64,000 nt of DNA from Armatimonadota bacterium (GCA_039679675.1 JBDKUN010000022.1:1-64000); one strand, 5' to 3'; shown: positions 19,315 to 29,355, counted from the stretch's first letter. Made by a program: numbers and translations. The notes: generated by a model from the sequence alone, not told the origin.

Positions 19315-19472
19315 GATGGACCGGGGGATCATGCCCCGGTCCACATTCTCCAGGGCATCCATGCCCATTACTACCGTTTCAAAATGCTTCGGGATTCTTT
19401 TCTTCCCGAAGCACGAATTTCCACAAACCTCTTTGGAGTGCGGCGGCTCGACGCCGCTTTTCTATCGACATC
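19315..19472. repeat. Repeat cluster between nuoL and nuoM (families C and B)
   Basis: GGACCGGGGGATCATGCCCCGGTCC; CTCCAGGGCATCCATGCCC; GCTTCGGGA..TCCCGAAGC; GGAGTGCGGCGGCTCGACGCCGC. Confidence 0.82.
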
Positions 19473-19504
19473 CGTAAATCTTCCGACCTATACCCCATAG
19501 CCTT

Positions 19505-21421
19505 TCACCTTCTAATCACCAGATACCCGACCAGAAGCACTGCCCCTATGAATATTGCAAGGGCATAGTTGCGGAGAAAACCGGTCTGCACACGGCGGAT
19601 AACCTCCGACACCCAGCCGACCAGATAAGCCACACTGTTCACTATAAAATCGATTATGCCTACATCTACCGCACGCCACAAAAATGCTGCAAGCGCCTTT
19701 CCGGTCCTGACGAAGACAGTGTTATACACTTCATCGACCCAGTATTTATTGGAAAGCGTGTTATACACAACCGGCGCACGCTCAGCGACCTGAGCAGCCA
19801 ACCACAGCTTTCGGACATAGAAATACCAGGCGATAGTAATCCCGATTAGGCTTACTACAAGCGCAATTCCGGCAAGCACTAACCCTGATGATGAAGCTGC
19901 CGCACTTACAGGCCCATGAGCCAGCGCTGGTCCAAGGAATGTGTCGATAGCATTTGTCCATGACAGACCCGGCGCGATGAACTTCGGAATACCGGCAACT
20001 CCGGCAACGAGCGCACCTATCGCAAACACGATCATTGCGATTGTCATGGACGGCGGCGATTCATGCATATTCGTAAACCGATCTTCATCCATCCTCGGGC
20101 TGCCGTGAAACGCTTTAAAAAACAGCCGAAAAACATAAAATGCCGTCATAAGCGATGTCGCAAGCGCCAGTCCGTAGAGAGCGCCGTTGCCGAGCGGAGA
20201 TATGAGCGCCGCAGCAAGAATCGCATCCTTGCTAAAAAAACCTGAAAACGGAACAACTCCCGATATGGCAAGCGCAGCGACGAGAAAAGTCCAATAGGTA
20301 ATGGGCATTTTCGCTTTCAGTCCGCCCATCTTGCGTAAATCTGTCTCACCCGAAAGCGCGTGCATAACGCTTCCTGCCCCCAGGAACAAAAGTGCCTTGA
20401 AGAATGCGTGAGTCATCAGGTGGAAAAGCCCCGTTCCGAATGCGCCGACACCCACGCCGAGGAACATGTATCCGATCTGGCTGATGGTAGAGTAAGCAAG
20501 CACCCGCTTTATATCATTCAACACAAGTGCGATGGTTGCCGCAAAGAAAGCCGTGGACACGCCCACTATGGCAACTACGAAAAGCACAGAAGGAGCCTGG
20601 ATGTAGAGCGGGCTTGCTCTAGCGATCAGATAGACCCCCGCAGTGACCATCGTAGCGGCATGGATTAGTGCACTGACCGGAGTTGGACCTTCCATCGCGT
20701 CCGGCAGCCACACGTAGAGCGGCAACTGGGCGGATTTTCCTACAGCGCCGATTAAAAGAAGTGCCGCAATCGCTGCAACAGCACCTTTTGCAGCAGTCGG
20801 GACAGCGGAAAAGACTCCGCCGTATGAGAGCGTCCCGAATGTGATAAATACCAGGGCAACACCCAGCATGAAGCCGAGGTCCCCCACCCTCGTAGTGATG
20901 AATGCCTTTTTCCCGGCTGCAACCGCTTCCGGCTTTCTATACCAGAAGCTTATGAGGAGATAAGAGCAAATCCCGACCAATTCCCAACCGGCAAAAAGGA
21001 AGAGAAAGTTATCTGCCATCACCAGAATAAGCATCGAGAAGACGAATAGGTTCATATATGTGAAGTAGCGCGAATAACCTTCGTCGTCACCCATATAACC
21101 CGTCGAATAGATGTGGATGAAGAAGCCGATACCGGTCACTATGAGCATCATAAAGACCGAAAGCGGGTCGATGAGTATTGCCGCATCGGCTTTGAGGCTC
21201 CCGGATGCCACCCATGTATAAAGCGTGCTCGTGACATGGCGCGCGCCTACCGGCATACGGATAAGCTGCAGAAAGACTGCGACAGCTACCGCGAACGCTC
21301 CGCCGACGAGTGCGCATGCGATGGCTCCCACAAGCTTTCTTGGCAGGACCCTTCCGAATATCCCGTTTATTATGGTGCCGATAAGCGGCAACCCCGGTGC
21401 GAGCCACGCGTAATCAAACAT
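19505..21421 (-). CDS. nuoL: NADH-quinone oxidoreductase subunit L
   Basis: GKSAQLPLYVWLPDAMEGPTPVSALIHAATMV, HAFFKALLFL. Confidence 0.96.
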   Translation of the reverse strand: MFDYAWLAPGLPLIGTIINGIFGRVLPRKLVGAIACALVGGAFAVAVAVFLQLIRMPVGARHVTSTLYTWVASGSLKADAAILIDPLSVFMMLIVTGIGFFIHIYSTGYMGDDEGYSRYFTYMNLFVFSMLILVMADNFLFLFAGWELVGICSYLLISFWYRKPEAVAAGKKAFITTRVGDLGFMLGVALVFITFGTLSYGGVFSAVPTAAKGAVAAIAALLLIGAVGKSAQLPLYVWLPDAMEGPTPVSALIHAATMVTAGVYLIARASPLYIQAPSVLFVVAIVGVSTAFFAATIALVLNDIKRVLAYSTISQIGYMFLGVGVGAFGTGLFHLMTHAFFKALLFLGAGSVMHALSGETDLRKMGGLKAKMPITYWTFLVAALAISGVVPFSGFFSKDAILAAALISPLGNGALYGLALATSLMTAFYVFRLFFKAFHGSPRMDEDRFTNMHESPPSMTIAMIVFAIGALVAGVAGIPKFIAPGLSWTNAIDTFLGPALAHGPVSAAASSSGLVLAGIALVVSLIGITIAWYFYVRKLWLAAQVAERAPVVYNTLSNKYWVDEVYNTVFVRTGKALAAFLWRAVDVGIIDFIVNSVAYLVGWVSEVIRRVQTGFLRNYALAIFIGAVLLVGYLVIRR

Positions 21422-21422
21422 T

Positions 21423-21725
21423 TCATCCCTTCATCGAGTTGAGATCGTCGATGTTTATGTCTCCGCTCAACCGGAAGATCGATACGATTATTCCAAGGCC
21501 TACGGCGACCTCTGCAGCCGCAACCGTCAGGATTATGAACACAAAAATATGCCCATCGAGCGTTCGTTGATACCTTGAAAAAGTGATAAATGCCAGATTA
21601 GCCGCGTTCAGCATCAGTTCGATGGACATAAACATAATGATCGGATTGCGGCGGATGAGAACGCCGAGCGCGCCTATCACAAAGAGCGCAGCGGACAAAA
21701 TCAGGTAATAATAAGCCGGAAGCAT
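21423..21725 (-). CDS. nuoK: NADH-quinone oxidoreductase subunit K
   Basis: ATG 21725; [27 protein letters not shown]. Confidence 0.95.
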   Translation of the reverse strand: MLPAYYYLILSAALFVIGALGVLIRRNPIIMFMSIELMLNAANLAFITFSRYQRTLDGHIFVFIILTVAAAEVAVGLGIIVSIFRLSGDINIDDLNSMKG

Positions 21726-21729
21726 AACC

Positions 21730-22242
21730 TCAGCGCCTCCTCTTCGCAAGCACAATCGAGCCGACCATCGCAATAAGAAGCAGTATACTTGTCGCCTCGA
21801 ACGGCAGCAGGTAATCTGTATATAAAAGCCTCCCAATCGGTGCGGATGTGCCGAAATTTACCGGCAATGGCCCACCCTTGGGGACAGTCTTAAACGCTCC
21901 GGTCAAAAGAGCGGCTGCTGCAAGCAATAGAAGAACCATTCCGAATATAACGGCCAGCCATTTCTGAGCCGGAAGCTCGTCCCGCACGTCTTCGATTGCA
22001 CCGGTCATGTTGAGGAGCATCACAGCGAACAGGAAAAGCACCATAATCGCTCCGGCATAGATCAACACCTGAATGAATGCGATGAACTGAGCAGAAAGGA
22101 CAAGATAGAACATCGCAAGCGTGAAAAAGTTGACGACAAGGAGCAAAACGGCATATATGGGGTTCTTCGAAAGCACAACTGCCACCGCCGTTCCTACAGA
22201 AACCACTCCAAGAATGATGAATATTATCAGTTCGGTAAGCAT
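21730..22242 (-). CDS. nuoJ: NADH-quinone oxidoreductase subunit J
   Basis: [28 protein letters not shown]. Confidence 0.95.
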   Translation of the reverse strand: MLTELIIFIILGVVSVGTAVAVVLSKNPIYAVLLLVVNFFTLAMFYLVLSAQFIAFIQVLIYAGAIMVLFLFAVMLLNMTGAIEDVRDELPAQKWLAVIFGMVLLLLAAAALLTGAFKTVPKGGPLPVNFGTSAPIGRLLYTDYLLPFEATSILLLIAMVGSIVLAKRRR

Positions 22243-22261
22243 TTTTCAGTCATTAGTAGAG

Positions 22262-22415
22262 ACGTCACCCTAAACAACAATTACGTCACCCTGAACTTGA
22301 TTCAGGGTCCATTGTTTTCCTGGATGCTGAGCCAAGCTCAGCATGACGTATTTCCCATAACCCATGCTTCGGGACCGCAGTTACCCCATGGACCTACCGG
22401 ACCACGGGGAGAAGC
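22262..22415. repeat. Repeat cluster between nuoH and nuoJ (families A, partial B, F)
   Basis: CGTC element 22284-22348 with a 21-nt satellite unit at 22262; CCCCATGGACCTACCGGACCACGGGG at 22384. Confidence 0.85.
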
Positions 22416-22436
22416 ACAACTCTCCACCAGTAACCC

Positions 22437-23597
22437 CTAAATCCTCTCTCCCGCCATCCTGCGCCTTATTCCTCTTCTGAAGAGGTATGAAGAGACAAAG
22501 AATCCGGCTATCGTCAAAACCACACTCACTATGCTGAGCATCAGAACGGACCTGTTCGGGAAGAACGCTATTACTAAAGCCGTGATACCTGCGTTCAGCA
22601 GCGCCACCGGAAGCGATATCTTCCACCCAAGCCCCATCAACTGGTCAAAACGGACTCTGGGCCACGTCCCCCGGACCCAGATAAATGTATAAAGGAATAG
22701 CATCAGCTTGAGCACAAACCATACCGGCTGAAGCCACACAATGTTTGTAAAGAGCCTGTAGCCACCTAAAAAGAAGGTCACAGCTATTGCGCTGATTGTC
22801 ACCATACCCAGATACTCAGCCATAAAAAACATCGCAAACCTGAAGCTGGAATACTCCGTGTGATACCCTCCGATCAGTTCCTGCTCGGCTTCAGGCAGAT
22901 CGAAGGGCGCCCGGTTGACTTCTGCCGTTCCTGATACAAGGAAAATCACAAACGCTAAAAGCTGAGGGATGATGAACCATATCCCTGCTGCGCCCTGCGC
23001 GTTTATGACTCCGTTCAACCTAAGCGTTCCGGCAAGTATCAACGGCCCGATAAGCGCGACCCCGAGCGGAAGCTCGTAAGAGAGCATCTGTGCCGACGAA
23101 CGCATACCACCGAGAAGCGAATATTTATTCGCCGATGACCATCCGGCGATTACAATCCCGTAGACGCCGAGTGCTGACAGTGCGAGCACCAAAAGTATTC
23201 CTGCATCGAGTTCAGGGACATAAAACCCACTTGGCCCGTGATACTCTCCCATAATCTGAAGCGTAAAACTCCGTCCGGCAATCGTCAGCATCCCGCCGAT
23301 GGGGATTACCGCGATAGCCAGAAGCGCGGGGACCATCAGCATCGCAGGTGCGAGAGTGTAGAGCCACCTATCAGCCCGTTCGGGCGTAATGTCCTCCTTC
23401 AATAGGAGTTTTAGGGCATCGGCTATCGGCTGCAAAATGCCGAATGGCCCTACTCTGTTCGGCCCGATACGCACCTGGATGTCTGCGATCACTTTCCGCT
23501 CTAGCCAGATCATAAACGGGACCATCAGCATCCAGAGCGTGAAGACCACAACCACCAATATCAGTTTTACAATTATGTAGATAACTATTTCAGGCAT
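22437..23597 (-). CDS. nuoH: NADH-quinone oxidoreductase subunit H
   Basis: ERKV..RIGPNRVGPFGILQPIAD, NRAPFDLPEAEQEL. Confidence 0.96.
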   Translation of the reverse strand: MPEIVIYIIVKLILVVVVFTLWMLMVPFMIWLERKVIADIQVRIGPNRVGPFGILQPIADALKLLLKEDITPERADRWLYTLAPAMLMVPALLAIAVIPIGGMLTIAGRSFTLQIMGEYHGPSGFYVPELDAGILLVLALSALGVYGIVIAGWSSANKYSLLGGMRSSAQMLSYELPLGVALIGPLILAGTLRLNGVINAQGAAGIWFIIPQLLAFVIFLVSGTAEVNRAPFDLPEAEQELIGGYHTEYSSFRFAMFFMAEYLGMVTISAIAVTFFLGGYRLFTNIVWLQPVWFVLKLMLFLYTFIWVRGTWPRVRFDQLMGLGWKISLPVALLNAGITALVIAFFPNRSVLMLSIVSVVLTIAGFFVSSYLFRRGIRRRMAGERI

Positions 23598-23610
23598 TTT
23601 CTAAATAGAT

Positions 23611-23927
23611 GTAGTGGCCGGTCTCCGCGCCGGCCATCAACCCCGTGGACTCACCGAACCACGGGGAGCACCGCAGGTGACGGATAATCTAGGGTATGCT
23701 TCGGCGCGTATTTTACGCCGAAGCCGGATTATCGAACTGGTGGAAAATGTGCTTCGGGAAGAAAAGAATCCTGAAGCATAGAATAGGAACCCTGAATCAC
23801 GTCACCCTGAACTTGATTCAGGGTCCATTTTTCATCCTGGATTCCGAGTCTATGGATTTTCGGCTATGGCCGAAAATCTTCCGGGAGAGTTTCCGATACT
23901 ACCGGAAACTCCTTAGCTCGGAATGAC
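23611..23927. repeat. Repeat cluster between nuoF and nuoH
   Basis: GTAG-tagged hairpin 23611-23638, family F 23640-23671, E 23698-23723, B ~23737-23779, interrupted family A 23800-23927. Confidence 0.85.
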
Positions 23928-23930
23928 CTA

Positions 23931-25208
23931 TTACCCATGACCTTCCCACCCTCCAAAAGGACATTTGCCTTCCTTAATGTGTGCTTCGTACTCGTCTCGG
24001 AAATACTTTATACTCGATACGACCGGCTGGGCTGATGCGTCACCGAGCCCGCAAAAGCTCCGCCCGTCAATGTTCTTCGCCACATCGACCAATCTGTCGA
24101 TATAACCGATCTTACCCGTTCCTTCTTCTATGCTTTCGAGCATTTCTCTCATCCAGAGCGTGCCTTCTCTGCAGGGAGTGCATTTCCCGCAGGACTCATG
24201 CTCATAAAACTTCGCCATGTTCCATGTGGCGCGCACGATGCAGGTGTCCTCGTTTAGAACCATAAACCCCGCGGAGCCGAGCATCGAACCGGCCGCCTGG
24301 AGCGTTTCATATGCCAACTGTACATCCAGATGCTCTTCGGTCAGCATAGGAACGGATGACCCGCCGGGGATAAACGCTTTCACGCGCTTTCCACCCGGTA
24401 TCCCGCCTGCATGCTCGAATATCAGCTCGCGGGCAGTTACGCCCATAGGCAGTTCGTAGTTGCCTGGCTTATTGACATGCCCGCTCACGCTGAATATTTT
24501 CGTTCCGGGGCTCTTCTCCGTCCCGATTTTCGTGAACCACTCGGCACCGTTATTGATGATATGCGGGACATTTGCGAGGGTTTCGACGTTATTGATGACT
24601 GTAGGCCCGGCATAAAGCCCTTTGATCGCCGGAAACGGCGGCCTTAACCTCGGTTCGCCTCTTTGTCCTTCAAGCGAGTTCAAAAGCGCCGACTCCTCAC
24701 CGGCGATGTATGCCCCTGCGCCCCTGTACATCTGTATCTGAACATTAAACCCGGACCCTAAGATATTCTCGCCGATGTATCCACGGTCGCGAGCCTCAGA
24801 AAGAGCCTGCTCCATTTTTCTCAGGGGCTCTACATACTCGCCGCGAATATATATGAACGCCCGCTCTGCGCTGATTGCATAGCAGCAGATGATCATCCCC
24901 TCGATAAGCTGGTGAGGATTCCTGAGCATAAGTTCACGGTCTTTGAATGTGCCCGGTTCGCTCTCATCGGCGTTGCAGCAGAGATATTTCTTCAGGTTCG
25001 GGTCCTTCGGAATATACTCCCACTTCTTCCCGGTGGGGAAACCCGCGCCGCCGCGTCCCCTCAAGCCCGATTTCGTGACGACATCTGTCACCTCTTCAGG
25101 CTTCATCTGCTTGATGGCCTTCTCGAGCGCAGAGTAGCCACCTTCGCGGATGTATACATCAATGTTATCTATGTCAGGCACATCCAGATGCTTGAATAGT
25201 ATCCTCAT
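23931..25208 (-). CDS. nuoF: NADH-quinone oxidoreductase subunit F
   Basis: SGLRGRGGAGFPTG, NADESEPGTFKDR, ESCGKCTPCREG..C (N3 cluster). Confidence 0.96.
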   Translation of the reverse strand: MRILFKHLDVPDIDNIDVYIREGGYSALEKAIKQMKPEEVTDVVTKSGLRGRGGAGFPTGKKWEYIPKDPNLKKYLCCNADESEPGTFKDRELMLRNPHQLIEGMIICCYAISAERAFIYIRGEYVEPLRKMEQALSEARDRGYIGENILGSGFNVQIQMYRGAGAYIAGEESALLNSLEGQRGEPRLRPPFPAIKGLYAGPTVINNVETLANVPHIINNGAEWFTKIGTEKSPGTKIFSVSGHVNKPGNYELPMGVTARELIFEHAGGIPGGKRVKAFIPGGSSVPMLTEEHLDVQLAYETLQAAGSMLGSAGFMVLNEDTCIVRATWNMAKFYEHESCGKCTPCREGTLWMREMLESIEEGTGKIGYIDRLVDVAKNIDGRSFCGLGDASAQPVVSSIKYFRDEYEAHIKEGKCPFGGWEGHG

Positions 25209-25690
25209 CCGCTCTCTCCGGCCTTTCTTCTGAGCTCATCCAGGATGCCGTCGAGCTTTTCCGGCGTCAAATTGTCGTAATATGCGTCGCCGACCATCAT
25301 AACGGGGGCGTTTCCGCAGTCCCCCAGGCATTGAACTGCTCTCAGCGTGAACATCCCGTCCGGCGTAGTCTCATCGACCTTGATTCCAAGCTTTTTGTAC
25401 AAATAATCGATCAGATGCTCCGCGCCCAGGAGTGAACAGGTGAGTGTCGTGCAAACATCCAGCCTGTACTTACCGGCTGGCTGCTTCTGGAACAACGTGT
25501 AAAAGGTCGCTACTGCCTCGACGTCGGTGTAAGGCATCCCCAAGAGTTCGGCGATTTCCTGCATGCCGTCTTCGGCCACAAAACCCTCCTCGTTTTGGAC
25601 CACATAGAGAGCATTCAAGATAGCCGATTTGGCTGAGGGGAATCTCTTTGCGTTCTCTTCTATTTGGGCTCTCGATTCTTGCGACAGCAT
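25205..25690 (-). CDS. nuoE: NADH-quinone oxidoreductase subunit E
   Basis: ATFYTLF, C-x4-C...CLGDC (2Fe-2S N1a). Confidence 0.95.
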   Translation of the reverse strand: MLSQESRAQIEENAKRFPSAKSAILNALYVVQNEEGFVAEDGMQEIAELLGMPYTDVEAVATFYTLFQKQPAGKYRLDVCTTLTCSLLGAEHLIDYLYKKLGIKVDETTPDGMFTLRAVQCLGDCGNAPVMMVGDAYYDNLTPEKLDGILDELRRKAGESG

Positions 25691-25695
25691 TGCAC

Positions 25696-26070
25696 CTACT
25701 CACCTATGCATAAGTCGAGCGCGCCCTTCTTCCAGATATATATGTAGCCGATTACAAGGACGCCGAGGAAAACAAGCATTTCGAAGAATAAGAAGACCTT
25801 CGCAGCTCCGGCTGTAAGAAAAATAACAGCCCAGGGATACAAAAAGACGATTTCTATATCGAAGAGTATAAAAAACATCGCGACCAGATAGAACCTGATC
25901 TGGAACCTGCTTTTTGTGGTGCCGATGGGGACCATACCGGACTCATAAGGCTCAAGCTTATCAGCGCTTGGGTGTTTGGGGCCCAGGAGACGTGACAAGA
26001 GTATCGATACGCCTGCAAACCCGGCCGCGATTATGAAGAGAATGATGAATGGAATATACTGAATAAGCAA
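25696..26070 (-). CDS. nuoA: NADH-quinone oxidoreductase subunit A
   Basis: KLEPYESG, FYLVAMFFILFDIE..FLYPWA; start probably TTG 26070 after GGAGG (ORF track start 26088); atypical C-terminus. Confidence 0.93.
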   Translation of the reverse strand: MLIQYIPFIILFIIAAGFAGVSILLSRLLGPKHPSADKLEPYESGMVPIGTTKSRFQIRFYLVAMFFILFDIEIVFLYPWAVIFLTAGAAKVFLFFEMLVFLGVLVIGYIYIWKKGALDLCIGE

Positions 26071-26187
26071 CCCGCCGGCCTCCTGCAATCGGTATTCCCG
26101 CTTGCAGAAGGGCTTGAAACATGAAGAATCACCTGTTGACGCTCATTGCCGCACAGCTTATACTTTGACATGTGAGGATTGTGATGG

Positions 26188-27087
26188 ATGAACAGTATAG
26201 CGGTCGATAGAGCTGACAAGCGTATCGGGCAGGTATGGGCGCTAAAGAATATCAGCCTGGAAATTCCCAGCGGAGAGATATTCGGCGTCTTCGGACGTTC
26301 AGGCTCAGGTAAATCGACACTTCTCAAGCTGATTGCCGGACTGAACCAGCCGACTGCAGGCACAGTAGTCCTGCAGTCGTCAGGCAGCGATGATCCGGCA
26401 TGGCTTGATTCGCAGGTGAGCATCGCGTTTCAGACTCCAGGACTTGCTCCAGAGCTCACAGTCATCGAGAACCTGAGGCTCTTCTCATCGCTCTGGAATA
26501 CACGGCGAAAAGGCAAAATGGGCCGGACCGCGATGTTCCTTGAGCTGCTTGGGCTTTCAAACGTGCGGAACAGGCGCGTTTGCAAGCTTTCAGACGGACA
26601 CAAGTGCGCAGCCGAGCTTGCCAGAGCTTTTATCTCCGATGCACGTATCACCGCTATCGACGGGTTGATAGAGCGATTGGACCACCCTACCAGGCGAAAG
26701 ACATGGGAATACATCCTCGCCAGGAAACGGCAGGGTTCAACGTTTATCATCGCCACATCGTCTGCAAAAGAGGCTTTGCTTTGTGATAAGCTGGCAGTGC
26801 TCTCGCAAGGGAGGCTTGTATTCGCCGGTAAACCCGGAGAACTGCTGAGCGCGGTGCAGAATGAAGTCGTTGTCGTTGAGTCGATACATGGCCCGCTGAT
26901 CAATTCCAAGCTGAGAGACCGTTTTGGCGCAGCAGTGACCGAGCGCAACGGAACAATCGAGATCAAAAGCCCGGATGCGGACTCGGACGCCGCATGGGTG
27001 CTGTCAGAGCTCAAATCAGATGTAGGCTGTGTGTACTTAAGGCAGCCTACGCTGGATGACGCACTCGACAGAATAGAGGGTAGTTAA
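26188..27087 (+). CDS. ABC transporter ATP-binding-like protein (degenerate motifs)
   Basis: Walker A GRSGSGKS; signature LSDGH; Walker B ITAIDG; C-terminal PTLDD typical of ABC-2 ATPases. Confidence 0.75.
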   Translation: MNSIAVDRADKRIGQVWALKNISLEIPSGEIFGVFGRSGSGKSTLLKLIAGLNQPTAGTVVLQSSGSDDPAWLDSQVSIAFQTPGLAPELTVIENLRLFSSLWNTRRKGKMGRTAMFLELLGLSNVRNRRVCKLSDGHKCAAELARAFISDARITAIDGLIERLDHPTRRKTWEYILARKRQGSTFIIATSSAKEALLCDKLAVLSQGRLVFAGKPGELLSAVQNEVVVVESIHGPLINSKLRDRFGAAVTERNGTIEIKSPDADSDAAWVLSELKSDVGCVYLRQPTLDDALDRIEGS

Positions 27088-27437
27088 TGTCACGGACCGT
27101 TGTACTTGCTTATTGGGAGTTCGTAAGGCTACTCCGCTCCAGAAAGACCGTATTTGCGGCGCTTGCTGTTCCGGTTGCAGGCGTGGCTGTCTGTGTTTCT
27201 CATCTGGGCAGGGGAAACCTTGCACTCAGGTGCTTCTTCCCTGCCGCTGCCGTACTCTTCACCTGGCTTTTGCTTTATGTTCGATCACTCACGGACCGTT
27301 CTTCAGGATTTTCAGCAGGGATAGACTCGACTCCCGCTGCAGGAGCTGTTTCGTTTATTGCGCGGCTACTGATCGCGCTGGTTATCATTCTGGTTCAGAT
27401 AGCCGTCTTTTACGCCGCTATACGAATAATAAATTGA
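27087..27437 (+). CDS. Small membrane protein, ABC-2 permease-like fragment
   Basis: TAATG overlap with the ATPase; three hydrophobic segments; N-terminal 'EF.RLLR'. Confidence 0.5.
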   Translation: MSRTVVLAYWEFVRLLRSRKTVFAALAVPVAGVAVCVSHLGRGNLALRCFFPAAAVLFTWLLLYVRSLTDRSSGFSAGIDSTPAAGAVSFIARLLIALVIILVQIAVFYAAIRIIN

Positions 27438-27449
27438 GGAGTATCGAGA

Positions 27450-27917
27450 TTGAAAAATCGTAAGAACATAGTAAATGAAGAACCACTCTGGAAAAAACGG
27501 CGCAGAGAAAGACAAATAGAAGCGCAAAAGTCCAGACGGTGGGTAGCAGTGGTTGTAATTTTGATAGTTGCCGCCCTTGTTCTCATGATTTATGGGATGG
27601 TACGGGGGCTTCGTCCGTCCAAAGTCAAAAAAGCAGCAGCAGCGCCTAAGCACACCCTTTCGCAGATCGTCGATAAGGAAATAATTCAGCAGAACGGAAA
27701 GATCGATAGATACGTTGTCTTCCGGGTAATCGGGAAAAAGATGCGTAAGTCCGTAGACCAGAAGACATTCGATTCACTCGAAAAGGGCAAAGAAGTCCTG
27801 CTTACATACGACGAAGATTACATGGGAAACCCCAAAGAAATCCGCGGTTGGAGCCAACCCAAGTTCGTCAAACCGGTCGAAGGCAGCACCTCGTCTTCTG
27901 GAGGTACTAAACGGTGA
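27450..27917 (+). CDS. Single-TM hypothetical protein
   Basis: GAGGAG RBS + TTG; basic N-terminus, one TM, beta-rich domain. Confidence 0.6.
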   Translation: MKNRKNIVNEEPLWKKRRRERQIEAQKSRRWVAVVVILIVAALVLMIYGMVRGLRPSKVKKAAAAPKHTLSQIVDKEIIQQNGKIDRYVVFRVIGKKMRKSVDQKTFDSLEKGKEVLLTYDEDYMGNPKEIRGWSQPKFVKPVEGSTSSSGGTKR

Positions 27918-28020
27918 TGTCTGATTGTGATCGTCGGCGAATACATCGGTCTTATTTACGGCAAGGTATGGAATCATCCATTATATAATTAGAGATTCAA
28001 AGCAGAAGAAGGCATCACAA

Positions 28021-29343
28021 GTGAATTACAAGAAGCCGATGCATAAAAATAATACCATGCCATCGACTGCGGCACCGCGGAGTCGCCGTGTCTTCCATCT
28101 GCTCATCGCCTGCTCCGTAGTTTTATCGATAATCCTTGCATACTTCACAACAGGCTTCAAGGGGGATATCAACTGTTTCACCAGCTGGGGGCAATACGGT
28201 TTCACCAACAAGTTATTACACATTTATGACACCCCGCCGAAAGGCATCTTTCTTTATCCTCCGCTGGGAATGTATCTTTGCGTTATAACGAACTACCTGG
28301 GCTCGTTTTTCGGTATAAGCCCAGCATCACAGTTATGGGTCCTGATGCTGAAACTGCTGCCGATAATTGCTACTGCACTTGGAGCATATATCGTTCGGGC
28401 GATTGTCCGGCAGTATCAAAGCGAAAAGATCGCGTTCTACTGTGCTGTTTTATATGCATTCAACCCGGCTTTGCTTATGAATGGCCCGGTATTCGGCCAG
28501 TGGGAACCGATTCTGTTACTTTGCGTTTTGGGCATGATCTGGTGTATGGTTAACCGCAAGGAGTGGGCAGTCGGTCCTATACTCGCTTTTGCCTTACTGA
28601 TCAAACCACTGATCATTATTTCAGTTCCGTTAATAATATATAGCCTGATAGTATACGGCGGTATGCGAAAGTTCATCCTGAGTGTCCTGTGGGGTTGTGT
28701 CGCGTTTTCACTTGTAATTCTCCCATTCATCATAGTCGGCACCGCAGTTCCATTGGCAAAAACACTATTTGCAGCTTCGGATGTCTCTCCAATCAAGTCG
28801 ATTCAAGCTGCCAATTTCTGGTGTCTTTATCAGACACTGGAAACTATCGTAACAGGTACCCCCAACCTATCATCCGGGCATGGCTCTTTTTTGGGAGTAG
28901 CCAGTTGCAAGCTGGTGGGACAATTGGCATATATGGGGTTCTTGTTGTTTATCATGCTGAAGTGGAAGAAACAAAAAAACTTCACGGTGTTGATAGCCGG
29001 ATTCTTCCTCGCATGGTTTGGAGCTTTCCATATTCTGACAGGGATGAGCGCACGTTACATCTTGACTGCTGTAGGCTTTTCGGCACTCTTGCCTATGGTT
29101 AACCGCCGCTACGCTATCCTGTATTTCGCTGTTTCGGTAATCGCAGCACTGAATATATTGCTGGTTTATCTCTTTAGCCAGCCAGCCGGAGTCGAGTGGC
29201 CGATTGCAGTGAAGTATGGCAAATGCCTTCTGGCTGTGATCAATTTGCTTTTATTTGGCTTTGCAATCGGGACATTCCTGTCCCACATCAAAAACGATAC
29301 GGCGAAAATATCAGATAACCGCGCCAACAAGCTGATGCGGTAG
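28021..29343 (+). CDS. GT-C type polytopic membrane glycosyltransferase-like protein
   Basis: GDINCF.SWG, YPPL, FNPA, GQWE, LIKP; ~11 TMs. Confidence 0.65.
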   Translation: MNYKKPMHKNNTMPSTAAPRSRRVFHLLIACSVVLSIILAYFTTGFKGDINCFTSWGQYGFTNKLLHIYDTPPKGIFLYPPLGMYLCVITNYLGSFFGISPASQLWVLMLKLLPIIATALGAYIVRAIVRQYQSEKIAFYCAVLYAFNPALLMNGPVFGQWEPILLLCVLGMIWCMVNRKEWAVGPILAFALLIKPLIIISVPLIIYSLIVYGGMRKFILSVLWGCVAFSLVILPFIIVGTAVPLAKTLFAASDVSPIKSIQAANFWCLYQTLETIVTGTPNLSSGHGSFLGVASCKLVGQLAYMGFLLFIMLKWKKQKNFTVLIAGFFLAWFGAFHILTGMSARYILTAVGFSALLPMVNRRYAILYFAVSVIAALNILLVYLFSQPAGVEWPIAVKYGKCLLAVINLLLFGFAIGTFLSHIKNDTAKISDNRANKLMR

Positions 29344-29355
29344 AAACGGAATATT

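Noticed and set aside
23696..23926. 76-aa ORF in the nuoG position
   Set aside because: Opposite strand to the operon and made of repeats (HVTLNLIQGP is the family-A translation); no NuoG similarity.
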